DNA of 64,000 bases from the NCBI GenBank assembly GCA_035534275.1, contig DATLSG010000016.1, forward strand, positions 9,380 through 73,379, read 5' to 3'. This stretch comes from Steroidobacteraceae bacterium. Lineage in GTDB: Bacteria; Pseudomonadota; Gammaproteobacteria; Steroidobacterales; Steroidobacteraceae. This document shows, one piece after another, positions 10,222 through 21,182 of this stretch. Position 1 is the stretch's first letter, and the number at the start of each line of letters is the position of its first letter. The position numbers and the translations under genes were made by a program. The notes beneath the pieces were generated by a model. The model was given only the letters and a program-made list of their open reading frames with translations, made no database searches and was not told the DNA's origin.

Positions 10222-11406
10222 CTACCGGTTCTCGGTCCTTATAGCGAGGCGAAGCCTGGCGAGGTCGGCGTGCCGCGTGGTGATCGCGCGATGATCGACT
10301 GCGAGCCGCAGGTCGCGAAGCATTTCGAGCGATCGTAGAAGCACCGGCAACGGCGGCCCGCTGGCGGTAATGCCTTCCAGGCCCGGTTCGTCGAGATTGG
10401 CGGCCGGTTCCTCGATGAACCGTCTGACCAATCCGTCGTGGTGCTGTGCCGCCGATTGCCCGAACAAATCGCAGACGTCAAGATACGCCCGGGCGTTGCG
10501 TTGAAACCAATCCGCAGGGGCGTATTCTCCGACGAGCGCGAGCAACTCATCCAGCAGACTGGTGCGCGTCATACAGTCGCGTAGTCGTGCTTGATCTGAT
10601 GGCAGCATGAACGGCATTTTGTCGACCAGCAGCTGCGCATAGTAGGGGTCGTTGGCTCGGCACAAGCCCAAGAGCAGATCGAGTTCGTTGATGCCGGAGA
10701 AATCCCCGGCGTTTGCGCCGCGGTACTCCTGACGACCGACCCGGTACGGCTTGTAATATGGCCTCACCGAATAGAAAAATCGCTCGACATCCAGCTGGGC
10801 CATCAGCCGGTCGTTGAATCGCATGACGTCGCGGAGCGCCTGCTTCGCCACATCAAACATTACGTCCGCCACGGGACTGGAAACCCCCAGATGAACGATA
10901 CTCGTGAGCGCGTCCGCCGCCCGCTGCAAGGACAGAATCCCACGCGTATTCTCATCGATGAATACGAACTCATCCCGTAGGGACGTAAAGCTCTTGCGAA
11001 CGCCGGCGCGCGCCTTGTTGTGGGTCGCCAGATGTCCGGTCGAAAATCTCGGTGCCATGCCAAGCGATGCGCCTACGTGCAGGGCGAGCGACGAGGCGTC
11101 CGGAAACGGCGAGCGCTCTTCGCGTGCCGGATTGGTGAGCTCGTGCCGGCGCAACGCGCCGAGGTACATACCGACGCTGCCGAGTACGCCAAACGCGCTG
11201 TCGAACCCGTCGCCGGTGTTGCCCTCGGCGAGCAGCGCGCCGACGTAGGTTTGACCTTCATCGCGCAGCGCCGCCTTGATCGAATCGCCGCAGCCGATCA
11301 CCTGCCCGCGATTCTCCTGCGCGAAATACAAATTCTCCAGCTCGGTATTCATCTGAACGAAAGAGGTTCGAAGCCAGTTCTCGAACGCTACTGCTCTGCT
11401 GCTCAT
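10222..11406 (-). CDS. PrnB-like (DUF1864; IDO/TDO-superfamily heme enzyme) protein
   Basis: 394 aa. FFYSVRPYYKPYRVGRQEYRGANAGDFSGINELDLLLG resembles, from memory, the PrnB segment [29 protein letters not shown]. The family assignment has not been checked by search. Confidence 0.45.
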   Translation of the reverse strand: MSSRAVAFENWLRTSFVQMNTELENLYFAQENRGQVIGCGDSIKAALRDEGQTYVGALLAEGNTGDGFDSAFGVLGSVGMYLGALRRHELTNPAREERSPFPDASSLALHVGASLGMAPRFSTGHLATHNKARAGVRKSFTSLRDEFVFIDENTRGILSLQRAADALTSIVHLGVSSPVADVMFDVAKQALRDVMRFNDRLMAQLDVERFFYSVRPYYKPYRVGRQEYRGANAGDFSGINELDLLLGLCRANDPYYAQLLVDKMPFMLPSDQARLRDCMTRTSLLDELLALVGEYAPADWFQRNARAYLDVCDLFGQSAAQHHDGLVRRFIEEPAANLDEPGLEGITASGPPLPVLLRSLEMLRDLRLAVDHRAITTRHADLARLRLAIRTENR

Positions 11407-11434
11407 GTGTACCTCGCGCGAGCACCGGTAAGAT

Positions 11435-12730
11435 TCATGCGGCGAAGGCGCCGCGCGTCCGCCACAGGGACAGTGCGGCCCGGAGTGCCGCTATGGCAAT
11501 GAGATAGCCAACCACCACGGTCAAAACGATCGCCGGCCCCAGCCCCGCGGTCGCAGCAAAGACGTGGGCGCTGGCGATCGCCACCGCGGTCGGGCCGAGT
11601 CCCGCGCCCAGCGCGACGTTCAGAAAGAAACTCACGGACATCGCAAGTCCCCGAGTTCGATTCGGCACGACATCGAGAATCGCCGAGAAGCCCACTGCGG
11701 TCACTATGCCGGAAAGCGCGAAGTACAGCGGCACACCGGCCATCACGACGCCGAATGTCGCCGAGTTCATCAGGAGCGACACCGGCAAAATCATCAGGCC
11801 GGAACACAAACAGACGCGCAGCTTGCCTGGCCATCCGCCACGTGCCCCGGCTCGATCGGCCAGGGCGCCGCCGATCAGCACGCCTCCGCCGAAGCCAACC
11901 GTCAACAACAAGCCCAATTCCACGCCGATCTGCGCGGGGTCTTTGCCGAAGTCCCGAATGAGCAACGTCGGAGACCACGCTCCCACGGCATTGTCGACGA
12001 AGGAAGCCGCCGCCAATACGATATAGATGGGGACCAAGCGAGCCCACGGGGTAGCCTGCCAGGCACCGCCACCCGATACGTCGCCGGCGGTCGACCCCGC
12101 TTCCGTTGTATGGCGAGCCGGTTCGCGAATGACAAGAATCACCAGCGCCCATAGGAGTCCCGGTCCCCCGATAAAGAGCAGAACCAACCGCCACGGCGCG
12201 TACCTGGCAAAGGGCGTCGCGGCAAGCGTGCCCAATTCTATGGCGTGCAATACGCCGCCGGCGATGAGAATGGCCAAGCCGCTGCCCATCGCAATGCCGC
12301 TGAGAAAAAATCCAACGGCGGTACCGCGCCGTGACGGAGGAAAGCAGTCGCTGATCAGCGATATGGCGGCGGGGGAGAGTGCCGCCTCGCCCAATCCGAC
12401 GACGATGCGGCCGGCGAAAATTTCGCCGAAATCGTGGGAGAGGCCGCAGGCGATCGTCCCCAGGCTCCACACGGATACACCGAAGAAGATGAGGTTGCGC
12501 CGCGAAATGCGATCGGCCAAATAGCCCAACGGGATGCCGGCGATCCCATAGACCACCGCAAACGCCGTGCCCAAGAGCAGGCTGATCTGAGTATCGCTGA
12601 TGCCCATGGCGCTGCGGATTGGATCGACCAGCAGGCTCAACACCTGGCGGTCGGTGTACGACAAGACCGCCGTTGCAATCATAATTGCAACGACGGTCCA
12701 GGCGCGGGAGCGACTGGGATAAGCAGCCAT
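11435..12730 (-). CDS. MFS transporter
   Basis: About 430 aa with roughly 12 hydrophobic segments and the MFS loop motif GYLADRISRRN. ATG at 12730; a GTG lies at 12736. Confidence 0.85.
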   Translation of the reverse strand: MAAYPSRSRAWTVVAIMIATAVLSYTDRQVLSLLVDPIRSAMGISDTQISLLLGTAFAVVYGIAGIPLGYLADRISRRNLIFFGVSVWSLGTIACGLSHDFGEIFAGRIVVGLGEAALSPAAISLISDCFPPSRRGTAVGFFLSGIAMGSGLAILIAGGVLHAIELGTLAATPFARYAPWRLVLLFIGGPGLLWALVILVIREPARHTTEAGSTAGDVSGGGAWQATPWARLVPIYIVLAAASFVDNAVGAWSPTLLIRDFGKDPAQIGVELGLLLTVGFGGGVLIGGALADRAGARGGWPGKLRVCLCSGLMILPVSLLMNSATFGVVMAGVPLYFALSGIVTAVGFSAILDVVPNRTRGLAMSVSFFLNVALGAGLGPTAVAIASAHVFAATAGLGPAIVLTVVVGYLIAIAALRAALSLWRTRGAFAA

Positions 12731-12739
12731 TTCCACGCT

Positions 12740-15061
12740 CTAGAATTTGAAGTTCAAATCGACTCCAATCGTGCGCGGCTGGTTCGTGGCGACCCGATTC
12801 AAAATCGAAATGTTCGCCGACAGAGCGCCCGTGTCGCTTAGTAGGGCTTTTTTGTTCGTGAGGTTGTCCGCGAACAGGAATCCGGACCAGCGGTTCGTCT
12901 CGAGCCCCAGCCGGAATCCAACCAGATCGTATGCCGGGAGCGTATTGCGCGTGAACGTAATATCCTGAATCGAATCGACGTAGCTATTGGTCAGGCGCGC
13001 GACCAGATCTGTGCCGCGCGCGATCGGCCTCTGGTAACTCAGGCTCGTGTTTGCGGTTGCCTCCGGCACATCCAGAAGGCGCTGTCCGGCTATCACGCCG
13101 GCGGCCGGCAGAGTCGTCGAATTCGTCGCATGGGTATAGCCAAGGTTCTGCGTCAATATGATGCCTGGCACAAGCACCGCGGCGACTTCGAGCTCGGCAC
13201 CGTAGACCGTCGCCTTCCCCGCGTTCGCCGTGAACTTGAAGCCGCAACTCGGAGCGACTTGCTGCTGCACGTTCGTCCAATCTTCGTAATAGATGTCGCT
13301 GTTGACCGAGAGGTGCGCATCGAGCATGCGAAGCTTCTCACCGAGCTCGTAGTTCCAGACGCTGTCCGGGCCGAATTGCGTTGGGGCGGCCGACGCACAC
13401 GGCGGAACGGGAATGGGCGAGTTTGGGCCGCCCGGGCGGAACCCCCTGGACACGCTGGCGTAGACCGTCGTGTCGGCGTTCGGGATGTAGGCCAGATCCA
13501 CCTTGGGAGTCACCCCCGAGTTCTGGGCGAGGCCGAATAGCGGGTTGCTGGTTCCATTGGCCGAGACCCCGCTGACGCTCGTCACCGAATTGCTGTGATA
13601 TTGGTAGTAGCGCGCGCCGAGACTCACTTTGAAGTGGTTCGGCAACCGATAGGATGCATTGCCGAACGCGGCGTACTGGTCGATGTCAACCTTGCGATGG
13701 TTGTCGGCAAGATTGTTGGTGCCGAAATCCGCGTTGAAGCCGTCAGCGGCGACGGGATAGAAGGAGTAGACGTGCGAGGTCGCGCCGAAGCTGCTGTAGT
13801 ACGCGCCGATCAGCCACTGCAGTGGGCCGTCGCCGCGCGAGGCAAGCCGCAGTTCCTCGCTGAACTGACGGGTATAGTCGTCCTCGGTGATCGTGCCGGC
13901 GCCGAGTCCGAACCACGTATTGCCGGCCTCCGTCACCGTTCCAGTGCTCGAGAATGGCCAGCTGGCTGGAGGTCCGAAAAAGCCACCGATGTAGTCCTGC
14001 ATCGCCTCGGAGATGTCCTGAGTCTGGTTTTGTTGGCGATTCCAGTAGGCGGTCGCGGATACCAGCTGGAACGAATCAGAATTGTATTTGCCGGTCAGCG
14101 TGTACAGGTCGAACGTGTCCGCGAAAGGCTCCGCGACGGCGAATGGTTGGTAATGCACCTCGTTGAGCGGCGGGCTGTCGATGGTATTCGCTCCGTCCTG
14201 CGTCAGAGACTGGTGCATGAACCCCGCGATGATGTTCAGGCGATCGGTCGGCCGAAGCAGCAGCGCCGCACGTCCTCCCTGCAGCCGTTCGGTGTTGGAG
14301 TGACGGAAGTCCTGCGCCACCGGCGCGTTGGCAACGTCCCCGCGCGCCGTGCTGTTGCTGACCTCGGCCGGGAAAGAACTCAACACTTTGCGATCGATCC
14401 AACCATCGATGTATTTGTCCGTCCCGACCAGGCGAAGCGCGGCGACATCCCGAATCAACGGTATGTTCAGCATCGCGTTCTCGGTGTGATTGAAGCCGCC
14501 GCTCCCGGTCGTGTCCGAGCCGATGACTTCGACGTTGGTGGCGAAGGCATGCGGATCCGGCTTGTTGGTCACGAGCTTGATCGTGCCGCCCATCGAGCCC
14601 GCGCCGTACAGGGTACCCTGCGGTCCGCGCAACACCTCGACGCGGTTGAGATCGAAAAGGCTCGGGTCGATCACCGTCTTGCCGTTCTGTGCCATGGCGG
14701 CGGGAGTCATGCTCGCATCGTCAAGGTAGAAACCCACGGTCGGCGACTCGCCACCGGTGGAGCTGAGGCCGCGCATTTCGAATTCCGTCTGCCCGGGACC
14801 GGAAGTTTTGAACGAGACGCCCGGCACCTGCTGGGCGACCGCAGTCATGTCCGACAGGCCCTGCGCTTGGAGATCCGATCCGCTGATCGCGGTGATGCTG
14901 ATCGGCGTCTTTTGCACCGTGGAGGCGCGCTTTTCCGCAGTGACGACAATCTCTCGTAGATCCTGGCTCGGCGGCGCGAGTTGTGCCCACGCCGCACCGG
15001 CCAATGCCGTACAACATCCGAACGCCGCGAGCACCTGCTTGGCACGGTATTGCATTTTCAT
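12740..15061 (-). CDS. TonB-dependent outer-membrane receptor
   Basis: Signal peptide ...ALAGAAWAQ. Plug region IVVTAEKR...TPISITAISG...RVEVLRGPQGTLYGAGSMGGTIKLV. Terminal aromatic residue ...DLNFKF. ATG at 15061 is preceded by GAGAGG. Confidence 0.9.
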   Translation of the reverse strand: MKMQYRAKQVLAAFGCCTALAGAAWAQLAPPSQDLREIVVTAEKRASTVQKTPISITAISGSDLQAQGLSDMTAVAQQVPGVSFKTSGPGQTEFEMRGLSSTGGESPTVGFYLDDASMTPAAMAQNGKTVIDPSLFDLNRVEVLRGPQGTLYGAGSMGGTIKLVTNKPDPHAFATNVEVIGSDTTGSGGFNHTENAMLNIPLIRDVAALRLVGTDKYIDGWIDRKVLSSFPAEVSNSTARGDVANAPVAQDFRHSNTERLQGGRAALLLRPTDRLNIIAGFMHQSLTQDGANTIDSPPLNEVHYQPFAVAEPFADTFDLYTLTGKYNSDSFQLVSATAYWNRQQNQTQDISEAMQDYIGGFFGPPASWPFSSTGTVTEAGNTWFGLGAGTITEDDYTRQFSEELRLASRGDGPLQWLIGAYYSSFGATSHVYSFYPVAADGFNADFGTNNLADNHRKVDIDQYAAFGNASYRLPNHFKVSLGARYYQYHSNSVTSVSGVSANGTSNPLFGLAQNSGVTPKVDLAYIPNADTTVYASVSRGFRPGGPNSPIPVPPCASAAPTQFGPDSVWNYELGEKLRMLDAHLSVNSDIYYEDWTNVQQQVAPSCGFKFTANAGKATVYGAELEVAAVLVPGIILTQNLGYTHATNSTTLPAAGVIAGQRLLDVPEATANTSLSYQRPIARGTDLVARLTNSYVDSIQDITFTRNTLPAYDLVGFRLGLETNRWSGFLFADNLTNKKALLSDTGALSANISILNRVATNQPRTIGVDLNFKF

Positions 15062-15136
15062 ATCCCTACCTCTCTTTTTGTCGGCCAATTACGCTTCGCC
15101 GAACTTTGTGATCGTCCAGTCCCGCCATTCCTTGGT

Positions 15137-16192
15137 TTATTCGCCGGCAGCGCGGGATTCTGCCAATGCATTCAATTCATACTTCATGATCCGGCCGTGA
15201 GCGCCGGTGCGATCGCGCTCCAAATCGTATATATCCCCTGAGGGGCCTCGCCGCCGGCAAACGACGCTTGCAATCGACGACAAGTCGTCGGCGTGCAGGC
15301 GAACGCGGTCGATGCCTGCGTGTGCGTCGAGGTGTGAGGTATCGACGGCGCCGACGATCGCCGCGGCGACCTGATCCCGGTCGAGAATCGCGCGTGTCGC
15401 GACCGTGGCGATGTCAGTGTCATGCGTTGCGGCGATGCGGCTGAGCGCGCCAAGTAGCTCCTGGAACAAGCCCCAGCCGCCGAAATCCTCGATGATCAAC
15501 TTGTACTTGGCCAATGAGCGGTTGGCCAATTCCGTTCGCGGCGCCGGCTGGCCCAGCCACCGCTCGGAGAGAAATCCGCCGCACACGGTGCCGTAGCATA
15601 GCAAAGCGATATTTGCCGATCGACAGTAGGCCACCATGCCGTGATTCGCACGATCATCCACCAGCGAGTATTGAACTTGATGCGCCGTGATCGGGATTCC
15701 CGCGTCGACGAGTTCCCTCAGCCGTGGCGTGTCGAAATTGGTGGCTCCCAATCGCGCGATTTTCCCGGCCCGGCGCAGCCGGTCGAGCTCGAACGCTGTC
15801 TCGACGTAGCGCCGGGTCGCAAAATCCCACCAATGAAACTGCACTAGATCCAGGCGCTCCTGTCCCAAGCGCGTCAGGGATCGATCGATGATGGCTTCAA
15901 CCTGCGTGCGGCCAAGCGAGCGCAAATCGGCGAGGTCGGGAACGAATTTGGTATGGATCTGGATCTGCTCGGCGTGCGTCGGGTATGCCCGCCGGAAACT
16001 GCCGATCAGAAGTTCCACACCCGTATAGATATCCGCACAATCGAATGAGGTGATCCCGGCGTCGACGAACGACGCCATGTCCTTGCGCGCTTGACGAGGA
16101 TCTATGACTCCATGGTCACCGGCGAGGTGCCAACCGCCTTTGATGATCTGCGAAATTGCGTAATCGGCGGACAGCGAGATTCGGGGAATCAC
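15137..16192 (-). CDS. aldo/keto reductase
   Basis: 351 aa with FDCADIY..., GATNFD and other AKR-like segments. GTG start overlaps the upstream stop. Confidence 0.8.
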   Translation of the reverse strand: MIPRISLSADYAISQIIKGGWHLAGDHGVIDPRQARKDMASFVDAGITSFDCADIYTGVELLIGSFRRAYPTHAEQIQIHTKFVPDLADLRSLGRTQVEAIIDRSLTRLGQERLDLVQFHWWDFATRRYVETAFELDRLRRAGKIARLGATNFDTPRLRELVDAGIPITAHQVQYSLVDDRANHGMVAYCRSANIALLCYGTVCGGFLSERWLGQPAPRTELANRSLAKYKLIIEDFGGWGLFQELLGALSRIAATHDTDIATVATRAILDRDQVAAAIVGAVDTSHLDAHAGIDRVRLHADDLSSIASVVCRRRGPSGDIYDLERDRTGAHGRIMKYELNALAESRAAGE

Positions 16193-16563
16193 CGCGGATG
16201 CCCGCCCGCGAGGGAAGTTGCGGTAACCTGCGAGCGGCTGAAGCGGCGGCGGCCGGTGCGGGTAATCCGAAAGCGGGTCGGGCAGTTCGGGTCGGGGCAG
16301 GCCACCTCCGCGTCGGTCGACATCCAGTCATTCGGATCGGTAACGCGCTGTTTGGCGGGCAGCAAGGGCAGCAATGCCGCCAAGGAATATATCGAAAATC
16401 CCTGACCTGGCGGAAGCGTCAGCATCTCGCCCTGCAGTTCGAAATAATCACCCGATCGCGCGCCGCAATAAATCGTTCGATCGGGTGTTCCGACCACATC
16501 GACGCGCAGATCGTAGAGTTCGAATGCGTCGGAATCTTGTGGGTCATCGGGTTGCGGCGTCAC
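16189..16563 (-). CDS. TIGR04076-like small Cys-containing protein
   Basis: LYDLRVDVVG...CGARSGDYFELQGEMLTLPPGQGFSIYSLAALLPLLPAKQR...CPDPNC resembles the TIGR04076 family as I recall it. The start is uncertain: GTG at 16563 overlapping the gntR stop, or TTG at 16587. Confidence 0.45.
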   Translation of the reverse strand: MTPQPDDPQDSDAFELYDLRVDVVGTPDRTIYCGARSGDYFELQGEMLTLPPGQGFSIYSLAALLPLLPAKQRVTDPNDWMSTDAEVACPDPNCPTRFRITRTGRRRFSRSQVTATSLAGGHPR

Positions 16564-17261
16564 GCGACTCCATCCCGCCGCTGCCAAAGCGACTCGTCAC
16601 TCATCACGATATCGAACGCGCGGCCAATGTCGGCCTCCAGCGCCGCACGCGCTGCAATCCCATCGGACTGCGACAGCGCATCGAGCATTTCGCGGTGAAA
16701 ATTCGTCCCCCGCCCCTCGCCTCCGTCGAAGCGCTCGGAAGCCTGGCGCAGATAGGGTCCGAATTGGAGCCAGAGGCTTTCAATGATCGGCAAGATGACC
16801 GTCGACCCCGATTGACGATAGATCGCGAAGTGAAACGCGCGATTTTGTTCCGCACTTCGTTCCGAGACATGATCTTCGTCAGTCTCGCATTGAGCCACGA
16901 TCAGCCGCTCGAGCGTCGCCAGCGCCTCACTCGTAATATTTGACGCGGCGCGCGCAATCGCCAACCCCTCGATCGCAAACCGCGTCTCCCGCAAGTCTTG
17001 CAATGCGTCTTTTGACAGGGTCGGGACACGCACGGTCCGACTGGGCAAGGTTTCCAGTGCGCGCTCGACGGCCAAGCGGTTGAGAGCCTCGCGAACGGGC
17101 ATGGCACTGGTGCCGAACGCCTCCGCCAGGTCGGCAATTTTCAGCTTTTGCCCAGGTTCAAAGCCACCCCGCATCAATTGATCCCGAAGCGCGCAATACA
17201 CGCGTTCCTGGACCGTTTCACGTGCGATACGCACCAACCCGAGATCGGCACCCATCGGCAT
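16560..17261 (-). CDS. GntR family transcriptional regulator (FCD/FadR-type C-terminal domain)
   Basis: 233 aa with the wHTH segment LKIADLAEAFGTSAMPVREALNRLAVERALE and a helical C-terminal domain. Confidence 0.85.
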   Translation of the reverse strand: MPMGADLGLVRIARETVQERVYCALRDQLMRGGFEPGQKLKIADLAEAFGTSAMPVREALNRLAVERALETLPSRTVRVPTLSKDALQDLRETRFAIEGLAIARAASNITSEALATLERLIVAQCETDEDHVSERSAEQNRAFHFAIYRQSGSTVILPIIESLWLQFGPYLRQASERFDGGEGRGTNFHREMLDALSQSDGIAARAALEADIGRAFDIVMSDESLWQRRDGVA

Positions 17262-17274
17262 CGGCAGATCCTCG

Positions 17275-17299
17275 ATTTATGATCAGACATTTATAATCA
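17275..17299. promoter_or_regulatory. AT-rich direct repeats just upstream of the GntR gene (candidate operator/promoter)
   Basis: ATTTATGATCA (17275-17285) and ATTTATAATCA (17289-17299), period 14. They begin 14 nt upstream of the gntR start and form a locally AT-rich island. Confidence 0.3.
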
Positions 17300-17874
17300 A
17301 AGATCTTCGATATTGCAAGCGTATATCCGGAATTGCAGCGCCCCGCGGCCTTCGCGGCCTGAAAAAATGCCGATGCTGACCCACGCACCAGCGGCGATCG
17401 CGGCCAAGTTATTGATAGCCTGACAGATCACAGGGACGATTCGCCGCATCTTCACGGGATGTCGGCGATCTCGGCGGTGCGGTGCGATGATGCCTATGCC
17501 CTGGACCGGCGACGGCGGCCGCGACGCCGCAACGGGGCCGGTCGCGGACGCGACCGGCGCGGTCGGACTCTGGAGGGCATTCATGCCACGATCCTGGCCT
17601 CGTCTGGCGAACCCTCCGGAGCCGCCGATTTGCGTGTTCGTGGGCGAGTTCTCGAACCTCGGGTCCGGAGCATAAGCCGTCTTGGCCGCGGCGTTCGTGC
17701 ACAACCATCGCGCTTGCGCCGCATACCCCGTCGCCGTGCGGGCGATGCGATGCCCCGTGGCCGCAATTCGGTCGACCTGGATAGACGTCATCTATGGAAG
17801 GCATGAAAGCGATCCACTTCCATAATCTTCTGCACCGGCCGATGCTGCCGGCATGGCAAACACCGGAGAACACC

Positions 17875-20020
<2,146 letters not shown>

Positions 20021-20225
20021 ATTCGCGGGACCGGTCGTACTCGAGCATCGTCCTGCGGACCGTGAGAGCCCGGTACGGGTACCGCTCAATCACCAATGGT
20101 GCTGCCAGGCGCCGTGCGCTTCGCGCCGGCGAGGTATTCCCGCCCGATCACCCAATCGGGCGATCGGCGCGCCCGGAAAATGCGCTATCTTTTGGGCGTT
20201 GCCTCATTGAACAGGAGTTCGGTAC

Positions 20226-21101
20226 ATGACTGATACGTCCCCATACACGCCGCCGAAGATCTGGGAATGGAGCATGCAAAGCGGCGGCAGCTTCGCGACG
20301 ATCAACCGTCCCGTGGCGGGACCGACTCACGACAAAGCACTACCGGTCGGCCGTCATCCGCTGCAGCTCTATTCTCTTGCCACGCCGAACGGCGTCAAGG
20401 TCACGATCATGCTCGAGGAACTGCTGGCGAATGACCACCGCGGCGCCGAGTACGACGCCTGGCCGATCCGGATCACGGAAGGCGATCAATTCGGTAGCGG
20501 TTTCGTCGCCGTCAATCCAAATTCGAAGATTCCCGCTCTCATGGATCGCAGCGGGCCGACGCCGATTCGCGTGTTCGAGTCCGGTGCCATCCTGCTATAT
20601 CTCGCCGAGAAGTTCGGCGCTTTTCTCCCGGTCGACGCTGCGACGCGCATCGAATGTCTCTCGTGGCTGTTCTGGCAGATGGGCAGCGCGCCCTATCTCG
20701 GCGGCGGCTTCGGCCATTTCTACGCGTACGCACCGACGAAGATCGAGTACGCCATCGATCGCTTCGCGATGGAGGTGAAGCGGCAGTTGGACGTGCTCGA
20801 CCGGCGCCTGGCGCAATCCGATTATCTCGCGGGCGCCGACTATACGATCGCCGATATGGCGGTGTGGCCGTGGTATGGCGGACTCGCCAAGGGTTGGTGG
20901 TACGATGCCGCCGAATTCCTTCAGGTGCAGAGCTACGGGAACCTGCAGCGTTGGACCAACGCGATCGCCGACCGCGCTACCGTGCGGCGCGCTCGCAAGG
21001 TCAATTGCACCTGGGGGGACCCGGCGGATCAGTTGCACGAGCGGCACGACGCCGGCGATTTCGCGACGAAGACGCAGGATAAGGTTGCGCGGCGCGAATA
21101 G
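20226..21101 (+). CDS. yghU: YghU-type glutathione S-transferase / GSH-dependent disulfide oxidoreductase
   Basis: 291 aa. YTPPKIWEW...GSFATINRPVAGPTHDKALPVGRHPLQLYSLATPNGVKVTIMLEELL is the YghU/Nu-class signature. Confidence 0.85.
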   Translation: MTDTSPYTPPKIWEWSMQSGGSFATINRPVAGPTHDKALPVGRHPLQLYSLATPNGVKVTIMLEELLANDHRGAEYDAWPIRITEGDQFGSGFVAVNPNSKIPALMDRSGPTPIRVFESGAILLYLAEKFGAFLPVDAATRIECLSWLFWQMGSAPYLGGGFGHFYAYAPTKIEYAIDRFAMEVKRQLDVLDRRLAQSDYLAGADYTIADMAVWPWYGGLAKGWWYDAAEFLQVQSYGNLQRWTNAIADRATVRRARKVNCTWGDPADQLHERHDAGDFATKTQDKVARRE

Positions 21102-21182
21102 GCGGAGCCTCTGCACGGAGTGGCGCCGTCCCATGTCGAAATTCCTACTGCGCGGGTCGCGTAGGGTTGCGCTGCGACCGCC

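Noticed and set aside
13595-14959. Long antisense or overlapping ORFs, e.g. 13595-14959(+), 24195-25856(+), 31474-32823(+), 39600-41393(+), 50045-52714(-), 58717-60030(-), 62827-63951(-)
   Set aside because: They lie opposite or out of frame to genes with strong family signatures. They have Arg/Ala/Gly/Pro-rich low-complexity translations typical of shadow ORFs in high-GC DNA.
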